Source of the DNA: an uncultured Candidatus Saccharibacteria bacterium
GTDB taxonomy: Bacteria; Patescibacteriota; Saccharimonadia; Saccharimonadales; UBA10212
Length of the DNA: 64,000 bases
Direction: 5' to 3'
Assembly: GCA_964483315.1 (NCBI GenBank)
Contig: CAZAAL010000003.1
Coordinates: 23,997-87,996 of the forward strand
Below are positions 17,985-27,576 of the stretch, piece after piece (the first letter of the stretch is position 1; each line of letters starts with the position of its first letter). The notes below the pieces were generated by a model, which saw only the letters and a program-made list of their open reading frames with translations, ran no database searches and had not been told where the DNA came from. The position numbers were made by a program, and so were the translations under genes.

Positions 17985-19229
17985 ATGCTTGATATTCGGT
18001 TTATTCGGGAGAACCCAGAACTAGTAAAAGAAAAATCAGAACAAAAAGGCTACAAGGTTGATATCGACTCATTGCTTAAAGTTGATGAGGATCGAAAATC
18101 GTTAATTGCTCAAGTTGAAGAGCTTAGAGCCAAGCGCAACGAAATATCGGATTCGATGAAAGGCGGTAATCCGTCGGATGACTTAGTTGAGCAGGGTAAG
18201 CAAATTAAAGTTGAACTTGCTCATCGTGAAGAGCTTTTAACAAAAACCAATGATGAATTTAATAGCTTGCTAAGCCAGGTTCCGAACATACATTCTGACG
18301 ACGTACCAATTGGTAGCGAAAACGATTCAGCTGAAATTAGTAAATTCGGCCAACAAGAGGTTGGCGCAAAGGATCATTTAGACTTAGCGGTTGAAAGAGA
18401 TTGGGTAGACTTTGAGCGTGGTGCCAAAGTTGCCGGATCAAAATTTTACTTTTTAAAGAATGACCTAGCTAGATTGGAGCTGGCCCTAATCCAATACGGC
18501 CTAGATTTATTGATTGAAAAAGGCTTTAACTACCTAACTGTTCCGCATATGGTAAATACAAATACGGCATTGGGCGCAGGTTTTGCTCCCAAAAATAGCG
18601 ATGCAAGCAATGAATATTATATTGAGGGCGAGGACTTAACATTAATTGGCACCTCAGAAGCTCCCTTAACCGGATACCATGCCGGCGAGGTTTTAGATGC
18701 CACCAAAATGCCACTTATGTACGTGGGTTACAGCCCTTGCTACCGAAAAGAAGCAGGAACTTACGGAAAGCACACAAGGGGATTATTTAGAGTCCACCAA
18801 TTTAATAAGTTAGAAATGTATGCTTTTTGCCTACCCGAGCAAAGCAAAGAGGTGCATGAAAAAATTAGATCAATAGAGGAAGAAATCTGGCAAAAACTGG
18901 GCATCCCATATAGGGTCGTAAACATTGCTTCAGGCGATCTTGGGGCACCAGCAGCTAAGAAATATGATATTGAATATTGGTCTAAAGTGGATGGGCAATA
19001 CCGCGAGCTAACCAGTTGCTCAAACTGCACCGATTACCAAACCCGGAGCCTAAATATTAGAGTAAAAACCGCTGACGGAAAGATTGAATTTGCGCATTCG
19101 CTCAACGGCACAGCAATTGCAACCACTAGAGCACTTATAGCGATTATCGAGAACTATCAAACTGCCGACGGAAAAGTAATGGTTCCGGAGGTATTGAAAA
19201 GTTATTTAGGCGGTAAGGAGGCAATATAA
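17985..19229 (+). CDS. serS: Serine--tRNA ligase
   Basis: N-terminal coiled-coil arm and class II motifs (FRVHQF, GTAIATTRALIAIIENYQ). Confidence 0.92.
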   Translation: MLDIRFIRENPELVKEKSEQKGYKVDIDSLLKVDEDRKSLIAQVEELRAKRNEISDSMKGGNPSDDLVEQGKQIKVELAHREELLTKTNDEFNSLLSQVPNIHSDDVPIGSENDSAEISKFGQQEVGAKDHLDLAVERDWVDFERGAKVAGSKFYFLKNDLARLELALIQYGLDLLIEKGFNYLTVPHMVNTNTALGAGFAPKNSDASNEYYIEGEDLTLIGTSEAPLTGYHAGEVLDATKMPLMYVGYSPCYRKEAGTYGKHTRGLFRVHQFNKLEMYAFCLPEQSKEVHEKIRSIEEEIWQKLGIPYRVVNIASGDLGAPAAKKYDIEYWSKVDGQYRELTSCSNCTDYQTRSLNIRVKTADGKIEFAHSLNGTAIATTRALIAIIENYQTADGKVMVPEVLKSYLGGKEAI

Positions 19230-19230
19230 A

Positions 19231-19596
19231 ATGCTAAAAACCGATATTAGCGGCGTACATTTTAAAACGGACGCCGATATTAAAAAACATGTCCAAAAAA
19301 AGATAGGCAGATTAGATAGATTATTGCCAAAAAGCGCCCGAGACTCGGCCCAGGCCGAGGTTAAACTATTAAAAGCCGCTAAAAAGACTAAAGAGCAGTA
19401 TAGTTGCGAAGTCGTTTTAAAACTACCAAATGATAATATAACTGTTCATGAGGGTGCACAGAATATTTTTGCAGCCGTTGATTTAGTCGAATCTAAACTC
19501 AAAGTTCAACTAAAAAAATATAAAGACAAACAAACAATTAGTCGGCGCAGACCAAGAATCCGAGGAGTTTTTAAGCGTTTTAATCCGCGGGGATAA
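19231..19596 (+). CDS. hpf: Ribosome hibernation promoting factor / RaiA family, short form
   Basis: Sequence pattern typical of the sigma-54 modulation/HPF family (IKKHVQKKIGRLDRLL...AAVDLVESKLKVQLKKYK). Good SD (AAGGAGG). Confidence 0.75.
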   Translation: MLKTDISGVHFKTDADIKKHVQKKIGRLDRLLPKSARDSAQAEVKLLKAAKKTKEQYSCEVVLKLPNDNITVHEGAQNIFAAVDLVESKLKVQLKKYKDKQTISRRRPRIRGVFKRFNPRG

Positions 19597-19690
19597 ATGC
19601 TGTTATTTTAACCGTCGCATAAAACCCCAGTTATGCGGTACAATATATTTTGACATTGCACTAATTTAGTTAGCGATTAATGGGAGATAA

Positions 19691-22300
19691 ATGAAAAAAG
19701 TTCTTAAAAAAGTGCTTGGCGACCCTCAGGCGCGTACGATAAAGCGTTTAAAAAAGCGTGTCAAAGAAGTTAACAAGCTCAGTGAAGTATATGCTAGTAA
19801 AACCGATAAACAGCTTAAGGCTACAACCGAAGAGCTTAAAGCAAGGTTGAAAAAAGGTGAATCATTAGACAAACTTTTGCCTGATGCATTTGCGCTTGTT
19901 CGAGAAACTGCGTCCAGAACACTTAATCAGCGACATTTTGACGTGCAGTTAATTGGTGGCATGGTTCTGCACGAGGGTAATGTATCCGAAATGAAAACCG
20001 GTGAAGGTAAAACCCTGGTTGCAACATTGCCAGTATATCTAAATGCACTCGAAGAAAAGGGTGTGCACGTAGTTACCGTAAACGATTATCTGGCAAGGCG
20101 TGACGCCGGATGGATGGGTCAGATATATGACTTTTTGGGGCTTAGCGTCGGGGTAATAATGCCCGATGAGTCTTACATTTACGACTCTGAATATTATGAT
20201 GATAGTCATTTTGATAAAAGGATGAGTCGCTTAAGACCCTGCACAAGGCAGGAGGCTTATCAGGCAGACATTACTTATGGCACCAATAACGAATTTGGTT
20301 TTGATTACTTAAGGGATAATATGGTTCGTGAAACAGACCAGCTCCGTCAACGCGAGCTCAACTACGCTATTGTTGACGAAGTCGATTCAATTTTAATTGA
20401 CGAAGCTAGGACTCCATTGATTATTAGCGCTCCAGCTACTGCCAGCGGTGCGGCATATCAACAATTTGCAAAAATCATTCGACAGCTAAAAAAAGATGAA
20501 CACTATACAGTTGATGAAAAACACCGAACAACATTTTTAACAGAAGCTGGGGTCGATCAGGTTGAAAAAATACTTGGCATCTCTAATCTATACGGCACTG
20601 AGAACATTAGGAGTCTTTACCATCTTGAACAGGCCCTAAAAGCTCAGGCCCTATTTTTGCGCGATAAAAATTATGTTGTAACAAAAGAAGGCGAAGTAGT
20701 TATTGTTGATGACTTTACCGGCCGACTTTTAAGAGGTCGTCGTTATAACGAAGGTCTTCACCAAGCTATCGAAGCTAAAGAGGGTGTTGAGATTCAAGAA
20801 GAATCAATGACACTGGCTACTATCAGCTTCCAAAATCTTTTTAGGTTATATAAAAAATTGGCTGGTATGACTGGTACAGCAATGACCGAAAGTGAAGAGT
20901 TTCACCAAATCTACAAACTTGATGTTGTGGAGGTTCCGTCTAATCGCAAATTTATACGTGACGATAAATCAGATAGAATCTATAAAACTGAAGCTGGTAA
21001 AATAAAAGCCATTGTACGCGAAGTTCGAGAAATGCAAGAAAAGGGCCAGCCGGTTCTAATTGGAACGGTTAGTGTTGAAAAGAACGAAGTCATTAGTGAT
21101 GCGCTCAAAAAGGCCGGAGTAAAACATGAGGTATTAAACGCTAAAAACAACGAGCGTGAAGCAATTATTGTATCCAAGGCAGGCGAAAAAGGTGCTGTTA
21201 CACTTGCGACAAACATTGCCGGGCGTGGTACAGATATTATTTTAGGCGAAGGCGTTAAAGAACTCGGTGGCTTATTCGTGCTTGGTAGCGAACGTCATGA
21301 GTCGCGCCGAATTGATAACCAGCTTAGAGGTCGTGCCGGTAGGCAAGGTGATCCAGGTGCATCACAGTTTTATGTAAGCTGTGAAGATGAGCTTATGCGG
21401 GTGTTTGGTGGTGAGCGAATAAGTAAAATTATGGATAGGTTAAAAGTTGCCGAAGATGAACCAATCGAAAATCGAGTTATATCAAAAAGTCTAGAAGGCG
21501 CACAAAAGAAGGTTGAAGGCTTTAACTACGATACCCGCAAAAACGTCGTTAAATACGACGATGTAATGAACAGGCACCGCAAGGCAATTTATACGATGCG
21601 CCGTGAGATTCTTAACCAAGGTGATATTAGCCCCAGAATAAAGTTAATGATCGAACAAGAGGCAGAATTTTGGGCAGATCATCCAGAGTCAACCAGCGAA
21701 GATTACGAACGAATGCTATCTGACATTTTTCCGTTTGATGACGAGCAAATGGACAAACTGTTTGACACCGAGGCTTCAAAATTCAAATCAGTCTTGACTA
21801 AGATGTCCTTGGATACATATAAAGATCGTGAATCGGCATTTAGCTCTGAAATTATGCGCAAAGTTGAGCGTGATATATATCTGCAAGTACTAGATCAGTT
21901 ATGGATGCAACACCTCGAAAACATGGATCACTTACGTCAAGGCATTCACTGGATTAGTGTCGGTCAGCGTGACCCATTGGTAGAATACCGCAAGCAAGGT
22001 CAAAGACTGTTTGATACTATGCAATTAGATCTAAGACATCAAATAGTAAGTAATATCTACCGGGCACAACCGATTGACGAAGCTAGTCTGGCTAGGGCAG
22101 TGGAAACAGAACTAACAAGAGCCGCCAGGTCGTCGGTTGATAATGCTGATCAAATTACCAAAGCAGACGAATTTAACGAAGAAGATTTTAAACCAAAAAA
22201 ATCCGAGCTTGATGAAAAACGAAAACACACCGAAGCACGTAAAAAAGCCCGGAAAGCAGAGCGTCAACGCAAAAAAACAGCTAAAAAAAGGAAAAAGTAA
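19691..22300 (+). CDS. secA: Preprotein translocase ATPase SecA
   Basis: DEAD-like motor motifs (MKTGEGKTL, VDEVDSILIDEARTPLIIS, TNIAGRGTDI) and helical scaffold/wing domains. Lys-rich C-terminal tail. Confidence 0.95.
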   Translation: MKKVLKKVLGDPQARTIKRLKKRVKEVNKLSEVYASKTDKQLKATTEELKARLKKGESLDKLLPDAFALVRETASRTLNQRHFDVQLIGGMVLHEGNVSEMKTGEGKTLVATLPVYLNALEEKGVHVVTVNDYLARRDAGWMGQIYDFLGLSVGVIMPDESYIYDSEYYDDSHFDKRMSRLRPCTRQEAYQADITYGTNNEFGFDYLRDNMVRETDQLRQRELNYAIVDEVDSILIDEARTPLIISAPATASGAAYQQFAKIIRQLKKDEHYTVDEKHRTTFLTEAGVDQVEKILGISNLYGTENIRSLYHLEQALKAQALFLRDKNYVVTKEGEVVIVDDFTGRLLRGRRYNEGLHQAIEAKEGVEIQEESMTLATISFQNLFRLYKKLAGMTGTAMTESEEFHQIYKLDVVEVPSNRKFIRDDKSDRIYKTEAGKIKAIVREVREMQEKGQPVLIGTVSVEKNEVISDALKKAGVKHEVLNAKNNEREAIIVSKAGEKGAVTLATNIAGRGTDIILGEGVKELGGLFVLGSERHESRRIDNQLRGRAGRQGDPGASQFYVSCEDELMRVFGGERISKIMDRLKVAEDEPIENRVISKSLEGAQKKVEGFNYDTRKNVVKYDDVMNRHRKAIYTMRREILNQGDISPRIKLMIEQEAEFWADHPESTSEDYERMLSDIFPFDDEQMDKLFDTEASKFKSVLTKMSLDTYKDRESAFSSEIMRKVERDIYLQVLDQLWMQHLENMDHLRQGIHWISVGQRDPLVEYRKQGQRLFDTMQLDLRHQIVSNIYRAQPIDEASLARAVETELTRAARSSVDNADQITKADEFNEEDFKPKKSELDEKRKHTEARKKARKAERQRKKTAKKRKK

Positions 22301-22305
22301 TAAGT

Positions 22306-23589
22306 ATGCGTCGTCATAGCGTTGAAGAAGTTGAGCTTGCTAGTGGCGCCAAAGGTTTGCTGATTCATGTTCCAGGGTCACCGGTTTTTAACTACGAAAT
22401 TAATTTCAGGGCTGGGGAGTATTTAATTGATGATCCAAAAAAATACGAAACGGCACACCTACTAGAACATCTTATACTTGGAGCTAACAAAAAATACCCC
22501 GATGCTAAAAAGTTTAGCGCAGAAATACATAAAAATGGCGCAATGACCAATGCCTATACTGGTTATTACAATGTTGGGTACTACGGCGAGACTGCTGATT
22601 TTGAGTGGCAACGCCTACTTAAATTACAAATTATGTCCCTGACTCAACCACTATTTTTAAAGAAAGAGTTCGAGGCCGAATGGGGCAATATTCAAGACGA
22701 GATGATCGCTGGTCATAATAATCATTTTAGGCACCTTTCTCTTAAGATGGCTCAATCACTTGGATTCAAATACCCTACATACAAAGAACGTGCCGAGTTG
22801 ATGAAAAATGTTCAGCTAAGTGATTTAGTTGAGCACTATCAAAACACCCACACTCTAAAGAATATGAGGTTTATGATTACTGGAAATCTTAGAGGTCGAA
22901 AAGCAAAAATAGTTAATATCCTAGAGTCCATAAAATTACCAGAAGGGGGTAGATTAGATTTATCCATTGAAAAAGCTGTTAATGTTGTCAGGCCTATTTT
23001 TATTGAGAACGAGACTATTGATAACATATACTTTGGGATAAGTAGTTTTCGTAATTCAATGACTGACACAAAAGAGGACATGGCTATGATGCTGAACCGG
23101 ATACTACTAACCGATACTCTTCACTCAAAAATATTTGGAACTGCTCGCGAAAAGGGACTAGTTTATTCACTACACTCATCGCACCATCGTTCTAGTGAGT
23201 TAACTGAGTGGTGGCTTTCTACTCAAGTTTTACCCGAGAACGCCCCCGCACTTTGCGATATCATAATAAAAGAACTAGAAAAATTACGGTCAGGCAATAT
23301 CAAAGAAAATGAAATTAATGGATCAAAAAAATATGCTCTTGGCACCTATCAAAGATCTATGCAAACTGTAAGTAGCATTGCCGGGAGTTACTCAAGATAC
23401 TTCTTTGATGAAGAGATTGAAGAGTTGGACAAAGTACCATCTTTAATCAAATCGATTACCAAGCAAGACATGGCAAGGGTGATGGATTCAATGTTTAACG
23501 AGAAGATACATTGTGTTGGTGTTCTTGGTGGAAAAAATCCAAAGATTTCCAACGATTTAGATAAAAAACTCTCCGTATTGTGGGGTTAA
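22306..23589 (+). CDS. M16 family (pitrilysin/insulinase-like) zinc peptidase
   Basis: Inverted zinc motif HLLEH (HxxEH) near the N-terminus. About 430 aa with a two-lobe architecture. Confidence 0.7.
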   Translation: MRRHSVEEVELASGAKGLLIHVPGSPVFNYEINFRAGEYLIDDPKKYETAHLLEHLILGANKKYPDAKKFSAEIHKNGAMTNAYTGYYNVGYYGETADFEWQRLLKLQIMSLTQPLFLKKEFEAEWGNIQDEMIAGHNNHFRHLSLKMAQSLGFKYPTYKERAELMKNVQLSDLVEHYQNTHTLKNMRFMITGNLRGRKAKIVNILESIKLPEGGRLDLSIEKAVNVVRPIFIENETIDNIYFGISSFRNSMTDTKEDMAMMLNRILLTDTLHSKIFGTAREKGLVYSLHSSHHRSSELTEWWLSTQVLPENAPALCDIIIKELEKLRSGNIKENEINGSKKYALGTYQRSMQTVSSIAGSYSRYFFDEEIEELDKVPSLIKSITKQDMARVMDSMFNEKIHCVGVLGGKNPKISNDLDKKLSVLWG

Positions 23590-23590
23590 T

Positions 23591-24685
23591 ATGGATCAAA
23601 TGAGCCAAAAAGTAATGAACCTTCAAAATGAGGTCGATCAAGCATATAAAAAACTTGGCTATGATAAATTGATAGTTTCGATTGCTGAGCGTGAACAGCA
23701 AATGGCAAGCCCAGATTTTTGGAATAAGAATACAGACTCAGCAATTTTTGCTAAAAAGCTTGGTGAGGATAAAAATAAAGTCGATCCCTGGCTTGACTTA
23801 AAAAATAATTTAGCCGAGCTTATTGAACTTAATGATCTTAATGACAAACATCTGCAAGATGAGATAAATGAACAGTACGAATCATATCTAAAAATTTTTA
23901 ATGAGCTAAAAGAGGATTTAAAACTATCAGGTCTATATGACAACCACTCGGCAATTTTAAGTATTTTTGCCGGAGCAGGCGGCACTGACGCTCAAGATTG
24001 GGCACAAATGCTACTTAGAATGTACAGCCGATTTTTTGAGAACAAAGGTTGGGAGGTAAAAACAATTAATCAATCTGCGGGCGACGAAGCTGGCTTAAAA
24101 AGTATCACAATTGATATTGATAAATCTTATGCCTACGGCAACTTAAAAAGCGAAAATGGAGTACATAGATTAGTAAGGCTTAGCCCATTCAATGCTGATA
24201 ATCTACGCCAAACAAGTTTTGCGAGAGTTGAAGTTATACCAAAGATAGAGGAGCCGTCCGAAGTCCCGATTAACGATAAAGATATCAAATTTGATGTATT
24301 TAGGGCCGGTGGTCATGGCGGTCAAAGCGTAAATACAACGGATAGCGCAGTCAGGGTAACTCACATACCAACTGGTGTGGTCGTGTCAATCCAAAACGAG
24401 CGTAGCCAACTTCAAAACAAAGAAACAGCAATGACTATTTTACGATCAAAGCTCGCACAACTTCAGATTGAACAACATAAAGACAAACTAAGCGAGATAA
24501 AAGGGCCTAACGAGCAAGCTGCTTGGGGTAACCAAATCAGAAACTACGTACTCCATCCTTACAAGCAGGTTAAGGACTTAAGAACCGGCTATGAAACCTC
24601 TGATCCCGACAAAGTTCTGGATGGTCAAATCGAGCCACTTATTAGCAGTTATCTTGATTGGTCTTTATCAGACTCAAGTAGCTAA
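23591..24685 (+). CDS. prfB: Peptide chain release factor 2, encoded as one uninterrupted ORF
   Basis: SPF tripeptide (RLSPFNA) and GGQ (GGHGGQSVNTTDSAVR). No in-frame TGA or +1 frameshift site near the N-terminus. Confidence 0.9.
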   Translation: MDQMSQKVMNLQNEVDQAYKKLGYDKLIVSIAEREQQMASPDFWNKNTDSAIFAKKLGEDKNKVDPWLDLKNNLAELIELNDLNDKHLQDEINEQYESYLKIFNELKEDLKLSGLYDNHSAILSIFAGAGGTDAQDWAQMLLRMYSRFFENKGWEVKTINQSAGDEAGLKSITIDIDKSYAYGNLKSENGVHRLVRLSPFNADNLRQTSFARVEVIPKIEEPSEVPINDKDIKFDVFRAGGHGGQSVNTTDSAVRVTHIPTGVVVSIQNERSQLQNKETAMTILRSKLAQLQIEQHKDKLSEIKGPNEQAAWGNQIRNYVLHPYKQVKDLRTGYETSDPDKVLDGQIEPLISSYLDWSLSDSSS

Positions 24686-24699
24686 TGTTATAATAATAC

Positions 24700-25389
24700 T
24701 TGATGATTTTACTCGATCGCGTCACTAAGACGTACGACCGTCGCGGTACAGCACTAGAACGAGTCAGTTTACACGTTGAGCCAAAAGAGTTTGTAATAAT
24801 TGTAGGCTCAAGCGGTGCTGGCAAGAGCACTCTACTTAAGTTACTAACGCGCGAAGAAAAGCCAACTTCCGGAAAAATTATAGTTGGCGGTATTGATTAT
24901 GAGCGCTTAAAAGACCGTGATGTTCCTTATCTCAGACGCAAGATAGGTGTAGTTTTTCAAGATTTTAAACTACTACAAAATAAGACTGTATTCGAAAATG
25001 TGGCTTTTGCTCTTGAAATTGTCGGGCATTCTAACCGTGAAATAAAGCATACTGTTCCAAAGGTTTTAGATATAGTCGGTCTTAAGGGCAAAGAAGATAG
25101 CTACCCAATGGAGCTATCTGGTGGTGAGCGCCAACGTGTAGCCATTGCCCGGGCAATTGTTAGACAGCCTAAAATTCTAATCGCCGATGAGCCTACCGGT
25201 AATCTTGATCCAAAACACGCCTGGGATGTTGTAAGGGTACTTGAAAAAATTAATCGTTTTGGCACAACTGTACTTCTAACTACTCACAATCAAGAGATAG
25301 TCAACTCCCTTAAACGAAGAGTTGTAACAATTAAAGACGGGCATGTTGTAAGTGATAAAGCAAGTAGCGGCTATAAGCCGTCGAGTTAA
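24700..25389 (+). CDS. ftsE: Cell-division ABC ATPase FtsE
   Basis: GSSGAGKST, LSGGERQR and ADEPTGNLD motifs. Followed by ftsX. Confidence 0.85.
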   Translation: MMILLDRVTKTYDRRGTALERVSLHVEPKEFVIIVGSSGAGKSTLLKLLTREEKPTSGKIIVGGIDYERLKDRDVPYLRRKIGVVFQDFKLLQNKTVFENVAFALEIVGHSNREIKHTVPKVLDIVGLKGKEDSYPMELSGGERQRVAIARAIVRQPKILIADEPTGNLDPKHAWDVVRVLEKINRFGTTVLLTTHNQEIVNSLKRRVVTIKDGHVVSDKASSGYKPSS

Positions 25390-25404
25390 CGGCAGGTAGT
25401 ACAT

Positions 25405-26343
25405 ATGAACCACAGACTTATTACTTTTGGAAGACTAGTAAATAGCGGTATTCAGAATTTTATTCGAAATGCTTGGCTGAGCGTTGCCGCTACGGCTGTA
25501 ATGGTAGTTGCCTTGACCATTATTTTATTTGGGGTAGTAATTAATCTTACAAGCAATAATGCGATTGCTGAGCTTTCAAAAAACCTTAAAGCTTCAATAT
25601 ATTTAAAGGATGATGCGCCAAACGAATCAATCCAACTGCTCGGGGACACTTTAAGGCAAACTGATTTTGTAAAAGAAGTTGACTTCATATCTAAATCCGA
25701 GGCACAATCCAAGTTTACTCAGAGCTTTGAAAACGAAGACCAGCTACTAGAAGGTTTGGCCTTGGCTGGTGGTGATACTCTTCCTGCCTCATACGAGGTA
25801 AGCGTTAGTGACCTAAATAGGCTAAAGGACGTAGAGCAAATCACTTCCCAGGAGAGGTTTAAGACAGTAATTGATAGCGTGTCGCTTGGTAAAACTGATG
25901 CTCGTAAAACTATCGACAGAGCTGCCGCGGCTCAAAGATATATTGTTGTAGCAAGCATCATCTCGGCTTCGGTCTTTGCTGCAGTTAGCGTTCTAATTAT
26001 CTTTAACACGATTAGAATGGCAATCTTTACGCGCGGAGAAGAGATCAGGATAATGAAACTGATTGGTGCAACACCTAATTACATTAGGGCTCCATTTTTA
26101 GTAGAGGCCAGTATTTATGGCATTATTGCAGGTGTAATTGCGAATACTGCTGTTTACTCAGTTGTCTTAAGTCTTGGGTCAAAGGTTCAAAATCAGGCAG
26201 AATTTGCTGTTACTTATGCCTATATGACTCAAACTTCAACGGTATTAAAATTCTTATTTGGGGCAATCTTAGCTGGCGTTGTAGTCGGAATGTTCTCAAG
26301 CTTTTTAGCAATGGCCAAACATCTGAAGCTTAAACACTGGTAA
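25405..26343 (+). CDS. ftsX: Cell-division ABC permease-like protein FtsX
   Basis: TM1, an extracytoplasmic domain of about 100 aa, then three C-terminal TM helices (FtsX fold). Directly downstream of ftsE. Confidence 0.8.
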   Translation: MNHRLITFGRLVNSGIQNFIRNAWLSVAATAVMVVALTIILFGVVINLTSNNAIAELSKNLKASIYLKDDAPNESIQLLGDTLRQTDFVKEVDFISKSEAQSKFTQSFENEDQLLEGLALAGGDTLPASYEVSVSDLNRLKDVEQITSQERFKTVIDSVSLGKTDARKTIDRAAAAQRYIVVASIISASVFAAVSVLIIFNTIRMAIFTRGEEIRIMKLIGATPNYIRAPFLVEASIYGIIAGVIANTAVYSVVLSLGSKVQNQAEFAVTYAYMTQTSTVLKFLFGAILAGVVVGMFSSFLAMAKHLKLKHW

Positions 26344-26358
26344 ATTTTAAACAATAAC

Positions 26359-26387
26359 TTGAATTTTTAGCATAAGGGGTGTATAAT
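26359..26387 (+). promoter_or_regulatory. Sigma-70-type promoter TTGAAT-N17-TATAAT
   Basis: -35 at 26359-26364 and -10 at 26382-26387. This places the TSS downstream of the ATGs at 26379 and 26391, which favours the 26424 start for the next gene. Confidence 0.5.
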
Positions 26388-26423
26388 AATATGTATATAA
26401 AACGCGGTAGCGAAAAGATAAAT

Positions 26424-27533
26424 ATGAAAAAAAACAAACAGATTTCAATAAGGTACATATTGCTTGCCGTTGTTGCTTTTTCAGTATTAGCAATATCGCC
26501 ATTTATTAATCGACCACAAACTACATCGGCTGCTTCGACTTCGGAGCTTCAGGCTCAAGCAAAGGCTCTTCAGGCTCAAATTAACGCAAATAATGCTAAA
26601 GTCGCAGAACTTAAAAAACAAGCAGCAACACTTGAAAACAAGTTAGCAGAGATTAATGCACAAATCGGTCAAATAAACGCACAAATCCAATTAACTAGCG
26701 TTAAGATTGCTGAACTTGAAGAAAAGTTAAAGCAAACTCAAGCCGAGCTAGATCGGCAAAAGTCTTTACTAAAAGCCAGCATGCGCATACTTTATAAAAA
26801 ACAGGGTGCTTCTACCGTAGAGCTTCTGGCGGGTAGTGATACATTTTCAGATTTTTTTAATGAGCAAGAATATCTAGATAGGATTAAAGATTCTATCCAA
26901 GACTCAGCTAAAAAAGTGATAGAGCTTAAAGAACAGATTGAAAAGCAAAAAACCCAACAACAACAACTTCTTGAAGCTCAGCAAGGCCAAAAACAACAAT
27001 TGGCCTCAAAGCAAAATGAGCAGCAAGCACTACTTGATGCTACAAATGGCCAAGCACAAAATTATGCAGCAGCAGCCGAAGATTTGCGTCGCCAGCAGGC
27101 TGCTATCAATGCCCAATTAGCGGTTACCGGCAACGTTGACTACACAGCTACAAGTTCCTATCCATGGGCTGGTTACGAGCCATGGAGTTTTGATGGCTGT
27201 ACGGTTGACCCATGGGGCATGTGTGTAAGGCAATGTGTTAGTTATACTGCATGGAAGGTTGCCCAAAGTGGCAGGAATATGCCGTATTGGGGTGGCTTTG
27301 GTAATGCTAATCAATGGGATGATAACGCTCGAGTAGCTGGTATCCCAGTAGATTACAGCCCAAGAGCTGGTGATGTTGCTGTATCCAATGCAGGGTATTA
27401 TGGTCACGTAATGTATGTTGAATATGTACTACCAGATGGCCGAATTCATGTCAGCCAGTACAACTATGAGCTAAGAGGTTTATATAGCGAAATGACAATC
27501 AATCCTGGTAGTTTAGTATTTATTCATTTCTAA
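26424..27533 (+). CDS. Secreted coiled-coil + CHAP-domain peptidoglycan hydrolase (PcsB-like architecture)
   Basis: Signal/TM (ILLAVVAFSVLAISPF), about 230 aa of Ala/Gln/Lys/Leu-rich coiled coil, and a C-terminal CHAP domain (QCVSYTAWKV ... GHVMYVE). Confidence 0.75.
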   Translation: MKKNKQISIRYILLAVVAFSVLAISPFINRPQTTSAASTSELQAQAKALQAQINANNAKVAELKKQAATLENKLAEINAQIGQINAQIQLTSVKIAELEEKLKQTQAELDRQKSLLKASMRILYKKQGASTVELLAGSDTFSDFFNEQEYLDRIKDSIQDSAKKVIELKEQIEKQKTQQQQLLEAQQGQKQQLASKQNEQQALLDATNGQAQNYAAAAEDLRRQQAAINAQLAVTGNVDYTATSSYPWAGYEPWSFDGCTVDPWGMCVRQCVSYTAWKVAQSGRNMPYWGGFGNANQWDDNARVAGIPVDYSPRAGDVAVSNAGYYGHVMYVEYVLPDGRIHVSQYNYELRGLYSEMTINPGSLVFIHF

Positions 27534-27576
27534 GTTAAAATATAAGCTAGTTATAAATTAACCCTGGGGGAATCAG

